Assembly: GCA_965644295.1 (NCBI GenBank) | Contig: CBFFRP010000066.1 | Span: forward strand, 1-64,000 | Length of the DNA stretch: 64,000 bases | Source: Paraphysomonas bandaiensis | Lineage: Eukaryota > Protista > Chrysophyceae | Direction: 5' to 3' | Shown: in pieces, positions 8,547 to 19,500 of the stretch | Layout: every line of letters starts with the position of its first letter | Position numbering within the stretch: position 1 is the first letter of the stretch | Program-made: the position numbers and the translations under genes | Notes under the pieces: generated by a model | Seen by the model: only the letters and a program-made list of their open reading frames with translations | Database searches by the model: none | Told to the model about the DNA's origin: nothing

Positions 8547-11033
8547 TCAATAGCGTGTTACTATAGCCACGTAGATAGGGCATGGGAAATGCCACGTGGT
8601 CACAGTCGTGACAGGTGAGTGTGACTTGTTGTGCAATGACGATATTCTATTCACGGCGTCTATTACTATTTGCGTGGTCACCATCTTCACCCAGTTGGTC
8701 CTACTCACATATTTATTTGTTTTAAGGTTTAAAAATATCCAACTCCCGTTTGCGTTGCCGGATGGGTACAGCGCGATACATGGTTCTGTTCTGGCCTGCT
8801 CCGCGTTATTGCTCTTGACCTTCGGGTCATAGCATTCTACGTAGTCCCCGAAAGCCAGTGACAGTTCCTTTTTATAATTGGGTTTCCGACCAGTCAATGC
8901 CACTCGCGGTGCTACAGTTGTGCCATTGGTGGATGGCCTCCTCAAGTTCATGCGGCTGTTGGCGTATCTCACCAGGTCTCTGACGTTGGCATCTGGTAGG
9001 TTCCATGGTAGCCCTGAATGTACACTGCGTATTGCCTCTTTGAGTCGCCTAATCTTCGCGTCGATCTTGTCCAGGTGATCTCCAGCCCCTGCCACGTCAA
9101 TCTCCATCCCTGTGATCTTGCCTCTCAGGGCCTTGAATCCCGGCTGAGGGTCCAGGTAGGTAACTGTCGGTATGTACCCGTAGCTTCTTAACAGGTTTAC
9201 TTGTTCCTGTAGGGCCAATCCCAACTGATCCGTTGTTTCGTTTTCGAGTGAAGTAACGATGGTTAGTCCCAATGGTTCCGCTAGTGTGAGCATGAACGAT
9301 TGCTGTCTCACACTGAAGATGTCTGTGTACAGCCTTTGCTCCTTCTGCTGTTCTGCCTTCAGTTCCGGATCCGCGTATTGCCGGCTGACTTTCTTATTCG
9401 TCTGCTTGCCTCTCACCGCTTCGAACGGTCTCCCATATATGTCAAAAGCTCTTCTGATATCACTCGGGGTAAGTCGCACCCCTGTAACGTTTCCGTCGCT
9501 CACTAGCTGCACAGCATCTCTCTCCGAGTCGAAGCCCGAGTTTCGGATCAGGTCTCGTGCTTCTCGCGCTCTCGCGACTTCTACTTTCGAATATTGGGCT
9601 TCGCGCTCCGCTACAGTCGTTACGTTGACTTTGGCCGTCGCCCAGTCGCGCATGTCGGCCACATACATCTTGTTCTTTCGATAGAAAGTCAAATCACTGT
9701 CAGGTAAGTGGACAGTGAAAGACTCTCCCTGCCTATATGTCACTTCATATATGTCTTCTACGTCCGCCTGACATAGCACGCTTGCCCTTAGCTCATCTGC
9801 TGTCTTACAGGTGAAGAATTGGTCTAGCTCGCCTACATTCGGTAGTTCCAGTGCGTGTCCCGATAATCCCGCCACGGTGCATCCTTTGGACGCCGGTCTT
9901 ACATTGTTCAGTAGTCTTGGGTGTACTACCGAGACATCCGCCTGGTTGTCGAGTAATACTTCGTACCATTGGAATGGCTCGCTTCCTGACGTGAAGGCGT
10001 TCAACATTGTTGTCGTGCAGTGCTTGTTTTCTGATTCTTGGCTACTGTCTGGGCATTCGTTCATTCTGTGGCCTGGCTCACCGCAGCCCCAACATATGAG
10101 CTGCCTTTTTTTCTGACCACGTTTGCTGTTGTGCGACTTCGTGTCGTTCCCTTGTTGCTGCTCTGGTGTATCATCGCTATCTGCTGATTTCTTGCCTTTG
10201 TCAGACTTCGATTTGCTCACGAATGCGGATCCGCCGCCTGCTCTCGTTGCTCTCTTCGGCGTTAGATATTTTGATGCTTTAGTATATATTTCATTTACAT
10301 GCGTAGGTGCTGTTTGCGTTCCCATTGTTAGATCGTTGAGGTAGCTAGTTTTGAACTCGCCATATCTCGTGTCGTCCAGCCCTTCGAAGAAATCCATCGC
10401 GATGTCCTCTTCATTCATTTCCGCGTTGTTCATGTCTTTGTAGGCTTCTAATAGATGATCAAACCTCTCCTTATAAGTAACTATACTCTCATATGCTCCC
10501 TGTTTAGCGTCTTTGTACCTTTTCCTCGCTTCTGCTCGTACCACTGTACTTACGCTGGAGTTAGTGGATACTTTGTGGGTTTGTTTGATAGCCAGCCATA
10601 GTAGTAGAGGATCCTTAGTCCTGTTCATGAGCTCGTATTCATCTAATAGCTTGACTGCATCCATTGATTCGTGGCTCAGATGGTCTACCATGAATGAGTA
10701 GAATGCCGATCTATCGTTCCGCATCTTGTCTATTAATCTCCCTCTGGTCTTGGTCTTGTCCTTCATCAAGTCGAGGTTGACTCCATAGGGGTCGTCTTCC
10801 AAATCAAAATCCTCTGGGTTTATCGCATCGGGCTCATAATATTTGTCCAGCTCTACTAGGCGTGCAAGATCACCGTACTTTTGCATGCCCACCACTACAA
10901 GCCTCTGTTTGAATGTGGCGAAGTTCGAGTTGGCACCGTATCTTAAAGTCGGTACATGTTCTGGTCTATCGGTGCTCGGTTTCTTGCCGAATCTTGCAAA
11001 TCTTGTTGGCTTGTCGTTCGTTGTCTTCTTCAT
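8547..11033 (-). CDS. Ty1/copia (CoDi-like) Gag-protease-integrase polyprotein, truncated before RT/RNase H
   Basis: Gag DPLLLW motif, CCHC knuckle CWGCGEPGHRMNEC, protease VLLDNQADVSVV, integrase LYTDIF...YLDPQ...KIDAKIRRLKE, C-terminal FGDYVEC...CIALYPSGN. Order is PR-INT with no RT. Confidence 0.85.
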   Translation of the reverse strand: MKKTTNDKPTRFARFGKKPSTDRPEHVPTLRYGANSNFATFKQRLVVVGMQKYGDLARLVELDKYYEPDAINPEDFDLEDDPYGVNLDLMKDKTKTRGRLIDKMRNDRSAFYSFMVDHLSHESMDAVKLLDEYELMNRTKDPLLLWLAIKQTHKVSTNSSVSTVVRAEARKRYKDAKQGAYESIVTYKERFDHLLEAYKDMNNAEMNEEDIAMDFFEGLDDTRYGEFKTSYLNDLTMGTQTAPTHVNEIYTKASKYLTPKRATRAGGGSAFVSKSKSDKGKKSADSDDTPEQQQGNDTKSHNSKRGQKKRQLICWGCGEPGHRMNECPDSSQESENKHCTTTMLNAFTSGSEPFQWYEVLLDNQADVSVVHPRLLNNVRPASKGCTVAGLSGHALELPNVGELDQFFTCKTADELRASVLCQADVEDIYEVTYRQGESFTVHLPDSDLTFYRKNKMYVADMRDWATAKVNVTTVAEREAQYSKVEVARAREARDLIRNSGFDSERDAVQLVSDGNVTGVRLTPSDIRRAFDIYGRPFEAVRGKQTNKKVSRQYADPELKAEQQKEQRLYTDIFSVRQQSFMLTLAEPLGLTIVTSLENETTDQLGLALQEQVNLLRSYGYIPTVTYLDPQPGFKALRGKITGMEIDVAGAGDHLDKIDAKIRRLKEAIRSVHSGLPWNLPDANVRDLVRYANSRMNLRRPSTNGTTVAPRVALTGRKPNYKKELSLAFGDYVECYDPKVKSNNAEQARTEPCIALYPSGNANGSWIFLNLKTNKYVSRTNWVKMVTTQIVIDAVNRISSLHNKSHSPVTTVTTWHFPCPIYVAIVTRY

Positions 11034-11074
11034 AATTTCCTCTTACGCAGAGAAAAATACGGTACTCGGTCGAA

Positions 11075-11314
11075 TGTTACGGATGTTACAAATCAATAAA
11101 CGGACGGAATACCCCCGTTGCTTTCACACAGTCTACACTACAGGTAGTCAAAGCAAGGTTCTCTTTATAGTTACTACAGAACTTCTCAGTAAGAGGAAAT
11201 TATGCCTCTATTCTACAGCCGTACACTACACACTGCATAATATAACACCATACACCTCTATGTGCCCTATGCATATCTTATACAGTCACTTCAAGTACTA
11301 AACTGAAAAGAACA
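11075..11314 (-). repeat. Candidate 5' LTR of the copia element
   Basis: Minus strand TGTT...AACA termini ending about 40 nt before the gag ATG. No second copy in the window. Confidence 0.3.
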
Positions 11315-11899
11315 TCCTCTTATTTCTCTACGGTATGTATGTACATGTATTGTGTAGATGTAGATATTGTTGAATTCCATTGTACAATTGAATACGTAGT
11401 AATACTGTTACCTCAATCACCTACAAATGGAATATTCCATAAGGGTGAGGGGGAAAACCATATATATAAATACCAGATATTTATGAAGAAAGCATATGTT
11501 TTTCTCGGGACATGTGCTTTCGTCAACTTGGCAAAGAGTTTCTTGAAGAAAATAACCAAAAATTTGTGTGGACTTCAACTGCATCATCACTGGATCCAAA
11601 AACTTCAATATTCATATCTTCATGTCATAAAAATCTATGGTTTCTATATGTATTTGAATATTATATGGATCTTTTCATAGGGTTACATCATGTGTATGTG
11701 TCATATGTATCACATATACATGCATTAGTCACTTTACATAACTTTATATAGCTTTAAATAGCTTTGAACAAGAGTTAGTGGAGTAATAGAAGTCTTCTTG
11801 TAAGAACTATCATCAATTCATTGCATTGTTTGCATATTAATTGATTGATATTATATACATTCTATCGACTCACCACAGCCGTACATTACCTTTAAAAAT

Positions 11900-14820
11900 A
11901 TGGAAATGGTTGCACAACCAGTTGATCCAGAGGTATGTCTATCAAGCGACATTACTGTTGAAACAGATACGACATCATTGGAGTCACTTATTGATAAGTA
12001 TCCTGTGATTGTATTCTCTAAATCTACGTGTCCATTCTGCATTGAGCTGAAGCGCATGTTATCTACTTATGGAGTACATTATCAATGTGTTGAACTTGAT
12101 CAAACAAATAAAATGAAAGAATATCAATTGGAATTGAAAGATAAATATGGGATAAGTACGGTACCTGCTTTGTTTGTGGATAAGAAATTGGTTGGTGGCT
12201 GTACAGCAGCCAAGGAACTGGAGTTTAAGGGTGATTTTCAAAACCTGATTACTAAACATGTCACTAAGGACATTCCGCATGAGACCCGTGTATCTCGATT
12301 TAACTTTTTTTACTTTCCCGAATCAGTAAACAAAAATGCTGTGCGTGTTTCGGGATTGCTCTCAATGATCTATGCCATTCTCTGTGTTGGTTTTTACAAT
12401 CGACGCGAAACAAAATGGTTTGTATTGGCTATAGCAATAGACTACTTTCTTCGGATTATTTTTGGTGGAAATGGTGCCCCGATAGGTATGATAGCCAATG
12501 TAATTGTTGCTCCTTTCCCCCCTGTCTTCTCAGCCGGCCCCCCAAAACAATTTGCGGCGTGCTGTGGATGGTTCATGACTGCTCTTTCAGCAGCCTTGTA
12601 CTTAAGTGGCCAGCAACTAGGAGGGGTAATTATGATTGCAATGCTGATTCCACCAGCTGGAATGGAAGGAATTCTTGACTTTTGTTTGGTGGGGTTATTA
12701 CTTCTATTGTAAATGTCATAGTAATCGTATTATTCTCAGGGATGTTGGATGTTCGGGATGGCCATCAAATTCAAGATCGTACCTCCATCTATCTACCGCC
12801 CCTTTCTTAATTATTACCCGGCGAAAAAATGGGCCTACGATTTTGCGAACATTCCTAACAATTCATTAGAGCATGTAGAAAGTACTCATGTATTGCTTCC
12901 CGGTCAGACTCAGGAGACTCCAGTGGATTTAATTCGTAAAGATCGCGTGGAGACGGAGTACAAGAACCAGGATGCCAGCATCCGACACGTGACAGTGGAT
13001 TACTATGCTTTTCCTTTGGCTGTGTCGGCCTTGGCTCTTGTCTTTAAGACCACTGCTGATGGAGGAAGATCTCCTTCAGGAGATATTGTGGCTCAGTGGG
13101 GAACAAAGAAGATATTCCAGGCCTTAGGCATCGCTTCTGGAATTGTGTTCGGCTTAATCACACTTGCCTATTTATTCAAGGCCGTAATGTGGTTTAAAAA
13201 AATTCGTAAGGAGTGGATTCATCCCGTGTACGGAAATTTCTTCAGCGCAATCACTATGTGTTTGACAATATTCGGAGTACTTTTGTTTGACGAGGCCCTA
13301 AGATTTGGTATTGCACTTATCTGGATTGGAGCTGTTGGACAGATGACTATCACTGTAGTTCGAGTGTCCGAACTAATATACGACCGAGTCTCTAATGAAT
13401 TCATAACCCCTGCGTTGATGATGGCACCCGTTGGGAATTTTCTTTCGGCTTTAGCCCTTGCCTTGTATCCAATTCAAGATGGGGCAAAGCTTGACGATGT
13501 GAACTACGTATTTATTGCTCGTCTGTGGTTTGCAGTAGCAGCTGTATTTACAGTGGTGCTATTCACATTGACGCTTCATAAGTCTATTGTTGACCCTCAT
13601 GTCGACCCTCGCATGAGGTCTATGAATTGGATATGGATGGCTACTTTTTCTCTTGCCGGACCTGCGTACCTTGCTGTTTCTGACCATTCATTTTTTATTC
13701 AAATTGCTGTCGCCAGGGGGGTCCTTTATCAGAGCATGTGGTTGTTTGCTGTATTTTTGTTTGCCGTCAATAGCATTGGGTGGATTCGAGGGTTTTATTC
13801 TTGGGTGGAGGATAGGTCTATTTGGACCATAGGATTTTCGTGTTCCGCTCTTGCTTATAGTACCATACAGTACTATATGATTGTGGACGATTTCTTCACG
13901 CGTACTGTAGCAATTATCGCGATTGCTATTGCTTCTGTGACGGTTGCAGTCTGCTTCCTGTATACATCAATGTGGGCAGTCAATTTGTCTCTATTTAAGC
14001 CGCGAAACAAATGGGGTCCAGTCAGTTTCATGAAGCTCACTCATGAGGTGTTTCGATTTGCTCTGCCTAATTTACAGAAGAACTTGTCCACTCTTTCGTC
14101 TGCAGGCAATCCTATTGCTATTGAAAACTTTATCGCTGAATTGGAGCAGTTTTTCGTGGTATATGGCGAACACGCACAGCATGAGGACTCTATTTTGTTT
14201 CCATCCCTACGACGCTTCCATCCAGGGCTGAATCCCGATATGGATTCAGAGCATGAACTGGGGCACACTCTTGTCAACGACATGAAGGCTGCAATGATGT
14301 CATACAAGAATGATGGTACTGCTGAAAATTTACTGTCTGTACTTCAATTGAAGCTGCCGGAGTTTATCAATCATACTCTTGAACATGCAAGGAACGAAGA
14401 ATCTACCATAACTGTCGTTGCTCGGAAGTACCTCACATTAGATCAGCAGAAAGAAATTACAAATCGTGTTTGGGAGTCGACCCCAACTGAGAGTTGGTAT
14501 CGTGTCATCCCATATGTACTTACGAATCTGCCTGTACCGATGTGGAAGGTACGGTAAATGGTAACCATATTATGTACTGGTCAATATTATTCGCAGTTAT
14601 GCCGTGCTTCTATTGTATTGTACTAATTATTTATATTAATATTACGCTTGTTATTTAGATCCGCTATTTGAAGACTTTTATTTGGGCGAACCCTGATCGC
14701 GCCCAAGAGATTGGAATCCTTTGTTATCGAACATTGAATTCCCTTGATTGGAGTTTTGTCTCCAAGGAGCTACCAGAGATTGTGCCGCGTGGATTACCGG
14801 GATGGAGACGCGTGTACTAA
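11900..14820 (+). CDS. Glutaredoxin-DUF4395-SLAC1/TehA (TDT) channel-hemerythrin fusion, about 919 aa; exons 11900-12688, 12740-14548, 14659-14820
   Basis: Grx CPFC, TVP, GGC; DUF4395-like VNKNAVR, PPKQFA, FCL/GC across a 51-nt GT-AG intron; TDT motifs EWIHPVYGNFF, TPALMMAPVGN, SIWTIGFS with about 10 TM helices; hemerythrin H, HAQHE, H, HARNE. Both introns are phase 0 and join in frame. Confidence 0.85.
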
Positions 14821-15440
14821 AAGGAAGCTATCCTGCTTGGATTTGCTGAATTTAAGCGGCAATGTTTAGTCTCTTATATTTTATACTGATGCTTAAGGAT
14901 ACATCAAAAGTTTCCTGTACTTTCAGCCAAGCGTATTTCCTATAATAATTCAGTTCTTCAAGGTGTTGAGTTTTCCTTATTTATAAGCAATTAGAAGCTC
15001 TAATGTAAGGTATTCGAATTATGGCCGTTAGTTTAAGAATACAGTACATGAAAATTGTAGTTAAAAATTGTAGTACATGAATCACTGATAAGAAATATAT
15101 ACTTTTGATGAAGCGCTGTTAAATGAGAGTTGCAGAGTAAATTCAACAGGATTTTTACTTCTTGTACGAGATTTACACACTTTATAGACTTTATAGCAAG
15201 ATGTGGTTGTAAATCGTAAATGCGAGCAAATTTAGGGTTGCAATAACGCAGGTAAAAGAATCAAGTCAAGGAAAAAATACTGTAAATGTAATTAGTAATT
15301 AGGCCGCGAGAAGATGATATAAAAATACGCAGCTACTATACTATAGTCAAGTTTCACCCACCGCATATTCACTCTATAAATAGTACATTATGTACAAAAC
15401 TGGACCCAAGACAATACTAAGGGTAGTTGATGTGCTGTAT

Positions 15441-16996
15441 TTATAACGAGCGGAAAAAGTGGCGAAGTGTTTCTCCCTCCTCTTGTGGAGTCATGCCCCC
15501 GCCCAAGTGAACCAAATTATCCAGATATATGTAGCACTCTACTGCGCCATCATCTACGCACTCACAATTATCAATTACATCGCTAGCACTACCAAGGACA
15601 GCATCGGTGGACTCGAAACAATAACCGTCACGTCTTCGTTTGATATATTCTTTGTAGTGATAGGAATTCAACAACAGAGATATGCCTGCCCTATACGCCT
15701 CTTGAGCCAGGCACATAGACTCCTTTGGCCCAGATGTACTATCCGTTTTTTCCTCCATACCTAATGCAGAGAGAACAGATCCCCATTTTATCGCAAACGA
15801 GTGGAGGAAAGTAACGTTGTCTGTATGAGCGGAGTCTTGTTGCACTTTCGCATTTTTCGTATTACTAGACAGACAAACGTCACCAGAGGACACACCTCCT
15901 GCTGCTGTTGATACAAAAGTTTGAACTGTAAAAATTGCATATCAATATCAGTCGTACCGGCAACGCGCTCAGCAGCTGACAATAATTTAGCAAGGAGGTA
16001 CTTCATTAAATGCGGTAAGTAGCAATTCCTTAGGATAAATATTATTTTGAAATATCGAGCAGTATCAATATGGCATACACACATATATAGCTATACATAT
16101 TATTCGTCAACAAATTATATGACTTGCTTACATGTCGGAAATAAGGTACTCCAATTCATACCAAAGCATCTCATCAGTGGGAAACAATCCACAGAAGAAA
16201 CGCTTTGGCTTACCAGCGTTGATGGACAATATTGCCCGGAAAAATCCAACCTGATACAACATAAGTACATCATCCCGGTAAACCAAGGTGCATATTCAGT
16301 ACTCGCACTCATAACGACAAAACAAGCCCACAAGGTCACACCACACCCAATCTATACTCACTAATCGGAGACACTCACCTGCTCGTCATAAGTAGCTTGG
16401 TCTTTGAAATGATACATGTGCTTGATATCATGCACCAAAAACTCAAATGGATCTCTGCTATGCAACTGGTCTCCAGCCATATACTGTAGTTTGGCAACAT
16501 GGCAGGTAGACAGTTGTTCAACAGATGTAAACATAGTCACCACACGATTGCCATCTGCTTGCATTCGAAGAACTTCCATAGGAGTCGGTATTTCTGTCAT
16601 AAGAATTACTGGCATATTCCCTTGAGCCCATTGAACAATTACACGATTAACAAAATCATTGGTATTCTTTTTAATTCCTAATAAACGACACTTGTTATAT
16701 ATACAGGCTATCGTGGGGTCCGTTTGTCCCAATTTCTTCTGAATATAATTAATGGATATAAGAGATTCTAAACCAGGTATCTCTGAACATCTAGATGATT
16801 GATCATTGGCTTCTAAATCATTTGAAATAGGAGGGTTTATATATGAAGATATCCATTTATTGCCACGACGTATAGATATATAAGACAATATGAATGAACC
16901 GACTAGATCTATAGCAGAGAGGTGATGAGAGTGATAGAGGGAAAGCCAGTGAGTGAGTATGGGGTGAAGGAGTTTAGCTTCGTCTTGTAGAGTCAT
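15441..16996 (-). CDS. Conserved-looking hypothetical protein, multi-exon (16996-16379, 16250-16132, 16028 onward; 3' structure uncertain)
   Basis: GT-AG introns join to give RDPFEFLVHDIKHMYHF...EQVGFF...ELEYLISDMNCYLPHLMKYLLAK. Confidence 0.65.
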
Positions 16997-17037
16997 GCGG
17001 TGATAGATATGGAAATATATGGAGAGATATGGACAGT

Positions 17038-17240
17038 GTATGTATGTATGTATGTATGTATGTATGTATGTATGTATGTATGTATGTATGTATGTATGTA
17101 TGTATGTATGTATGTATGTATGTATGTATGTATGTATGTATGTATGTATGTATGTATGTATGTATGTATGTATGTATGTATGTATGTATGTATGTATGTA
17201 TGCATGTATGTATGTATGTATGTATGTATGTATGTATGTA
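17038..17240. repeat. (TATG)n/(CATA)n microsatellite
   Basis: About 50 near-perfect tetranucleotide units in the divergent intergenic region. Confidence 0.99.
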
Positions 17241-17512
17241 GCTATATATTCATGTGTATTGCGTGTTCGTCATATGTGAGTGAGTATGTGACTGTGTATT
17301 TCCATAGCATAGTTATCTCCATATGGAATAGAATCAAACCCACACTATAAAAACAAACTTCACATATCATTACCATCCCCCTCATGATCAATCCTTACTA
17401 TCCTCTGTATCAGCAACCTCTATCATCTATTCATCTCATCGTTCCCATCTTCATACACACTTATTAAATATTTTAAATATTTATATATATATATATACTT
17501 ATATATATAATT

Positions 17513-18983
17513 ATGGGAGTTGAAAGTGATTTTAGATCAGCATCTAATAAATCAATGAGTCAAAAACGTTCAGGAGATGTTGCAGGTCTTGGTCCATTAT
17601 GTGAATATCGTACAAAAAAACGTTTTGTATGGCCTGATTCACTTCATAGACATTTTATACGTGCAATATTTAGTGTAGGTTTAATGCATTGTAGTGCTGA
17701 TATTGTTAAAGGCATGTTACCTGATGAGAAATATGATATACAAGCAATTGAAAATTTTCTTCAAAAATTCAGATATTTTAACCACTCTCAAATTAAGGTA
17801 TTGTGTTATATCATATAATTAAGTAAAGTAATATATATGTGTAGAATTTTTTGAAGAAGCCTACCGCCGATAAGTCTACTGTCCCGACTGATGATCCCAC
17901 GAGTGATATAACAGCAATAAATCGATCTATCACCGCTCAAATTGAGTTGATCGAAAAGTATCGTCTGTCTCTTATGAAGCAGATAGCTATTCGTGATGAA
18001 CTTGTGGAGAAGGTACATTGTTTCAAGATTCATATTCTCGATGCTATGATGCACTGCATTGAATTTTTGTGTAGTTTTCTTTCTACTTATGTTTGATCTT
18101 GTTGTGATTGCTACCATATTTTTCTATTGACATCGCTCGCTCATATAATATTGGGCATGGTGCATAGGTCAAGCAGAGCCGGAGTAATGAGTATGCCCGT
18201 GAATGCGCCCGTGAGGGTAATCACTTCCCGTATCCTGTCCAACCAGCCCTTTCGGTCCCTCACATTGCCCCTGCACTCCAGCCGTCTGCTGTTTCAGCTG
18301 TGCCTCCATTCCAGCTTCCTCCCCAGCATTATGAGTCAGTCCAACAGATGCCACCTCGAGAAGTCTTTCAGTCACCCTACCCAGATCCTCATGGGAATGG
18401 ATATACGAACGCTGTTCCGTACATGGAGTCAATAGGTTCTGGTGTACCGGTGACTGGTTTACATCAGCAGCAGCGGGGAATGCTTGATATTCATTCTGTG
18501 CCTTCAGAGCAACTCCCCCATGGCTCTGCTGTGTCGCATCGACAGATGACGAAATCCCGCCCTCATACTCAGCGGTCATCCGAACTGACTATGCTCTCTG
18601 CTATGCGGAAACATATGTCCATGCACCGAGAGCTGCTGCAATTCAATTCTCAGTATGCCGGTCAACCTGTGGTCCATGAATCTAGCAGTCGACATGTCGC
18701 AGAGGCGTCCAATTGTGGCAGTGGCGGTGCTCTTCATCGTGGGGTACCTGATAAGGCGGAATATAACCTGCAACGCACTGGAGACGATTCGGAAAAGATT
18801 CATTCTCTACTTGCTTCTAACTCACAGCACTCAACAGAAGGTGTCCCTCAGAGTTATCACGCGATAGTCAATAGCAATGAAGATTCGAGTGGTTCATTGC
18901 CTGTTATTTCAGGAGGCGCAATGTCTCATCCTGTCCCGACAGATGATGAGATCGATGCCAGCTTGTTCGATTTTTTATATTAA
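17513..18983 (+). CDS. GARP/G2-like (SHAQKYF-class) Myb transcription factor, 3 exons
   Basis: KKRFVWPDSLHRHFIRAIFSVG motif; introns about 17798-17844 and 18013-18167; coiled coil, Q/P-rich region and acidic C-terminus. Confidence 0.75.
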
Positions 18984-19500
18984 TCTCATCAAGCTACTGG
19001 TATGTGTCTCCTGCCAACACTTTGAAGTTAAGTGGTCCTTGCTAACAAGGTAGCAACTGTGCGACTATCAGTGGCTCCCAACTCAAGTATTCAGTAGACT
19101 TTTTTTATATGGGAACATCCGTTTCATTTTGTGCCCCCCCTTGGTCATGTTTCGTGCCAAACTCGTGTACTGTGTACATATGATATATCTGCGGTGGAGT
19201 TTTACTTTTATCACACATAAAAATTTTGATGCGTATTTACACCATAATATCCCGTAATTTCTTTTAAGTAGTAGATTAAAGTTTTATGCAATGATTCTTC
19301 TATAATATATATGTCATTTAAGGTATGCCGTTTGTATGAATCAGGTGTGCTGGATACACGTAGGTGTTCAAGTTTATTAATTAGAAAATATGTCGCTATT
19401 GTACTGATGTGCTTTGTTAGAGTTGGACATTTCACTGAAGTTAGCTTTGCTCTACACGTAAACCTTAACCTTGCTTTGCTGAACACAATGCACTTTCAAG

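Larger units (their letters stand above)
1..8613 (-). mobile_element. Ty3/gypsy LTR retrotransposon; 3' end lies beyond the window start, putative 5' LTR starts at 8613
   Basis: gag-pol plus about 1.5 kb of non-coding leader. The minus strand reads TGTCACGAC from 8613, an LTR-like start, close to where the copia ORF loses homology. The boundary is inferred because no second LTR is visible. Confidence 0.7.

Noticed and set aside
439-10701. Short antisense and overlapping ORFs within the retroelements
   Set aside because: No motifs; expected shadows of long ORFs.
16993-17350. MYVC/HTYI-repeat ORFs (also 47450-47635 and 48678-49783)
   Set aside because: Translations of stop-free (TATG)n microsatellites.
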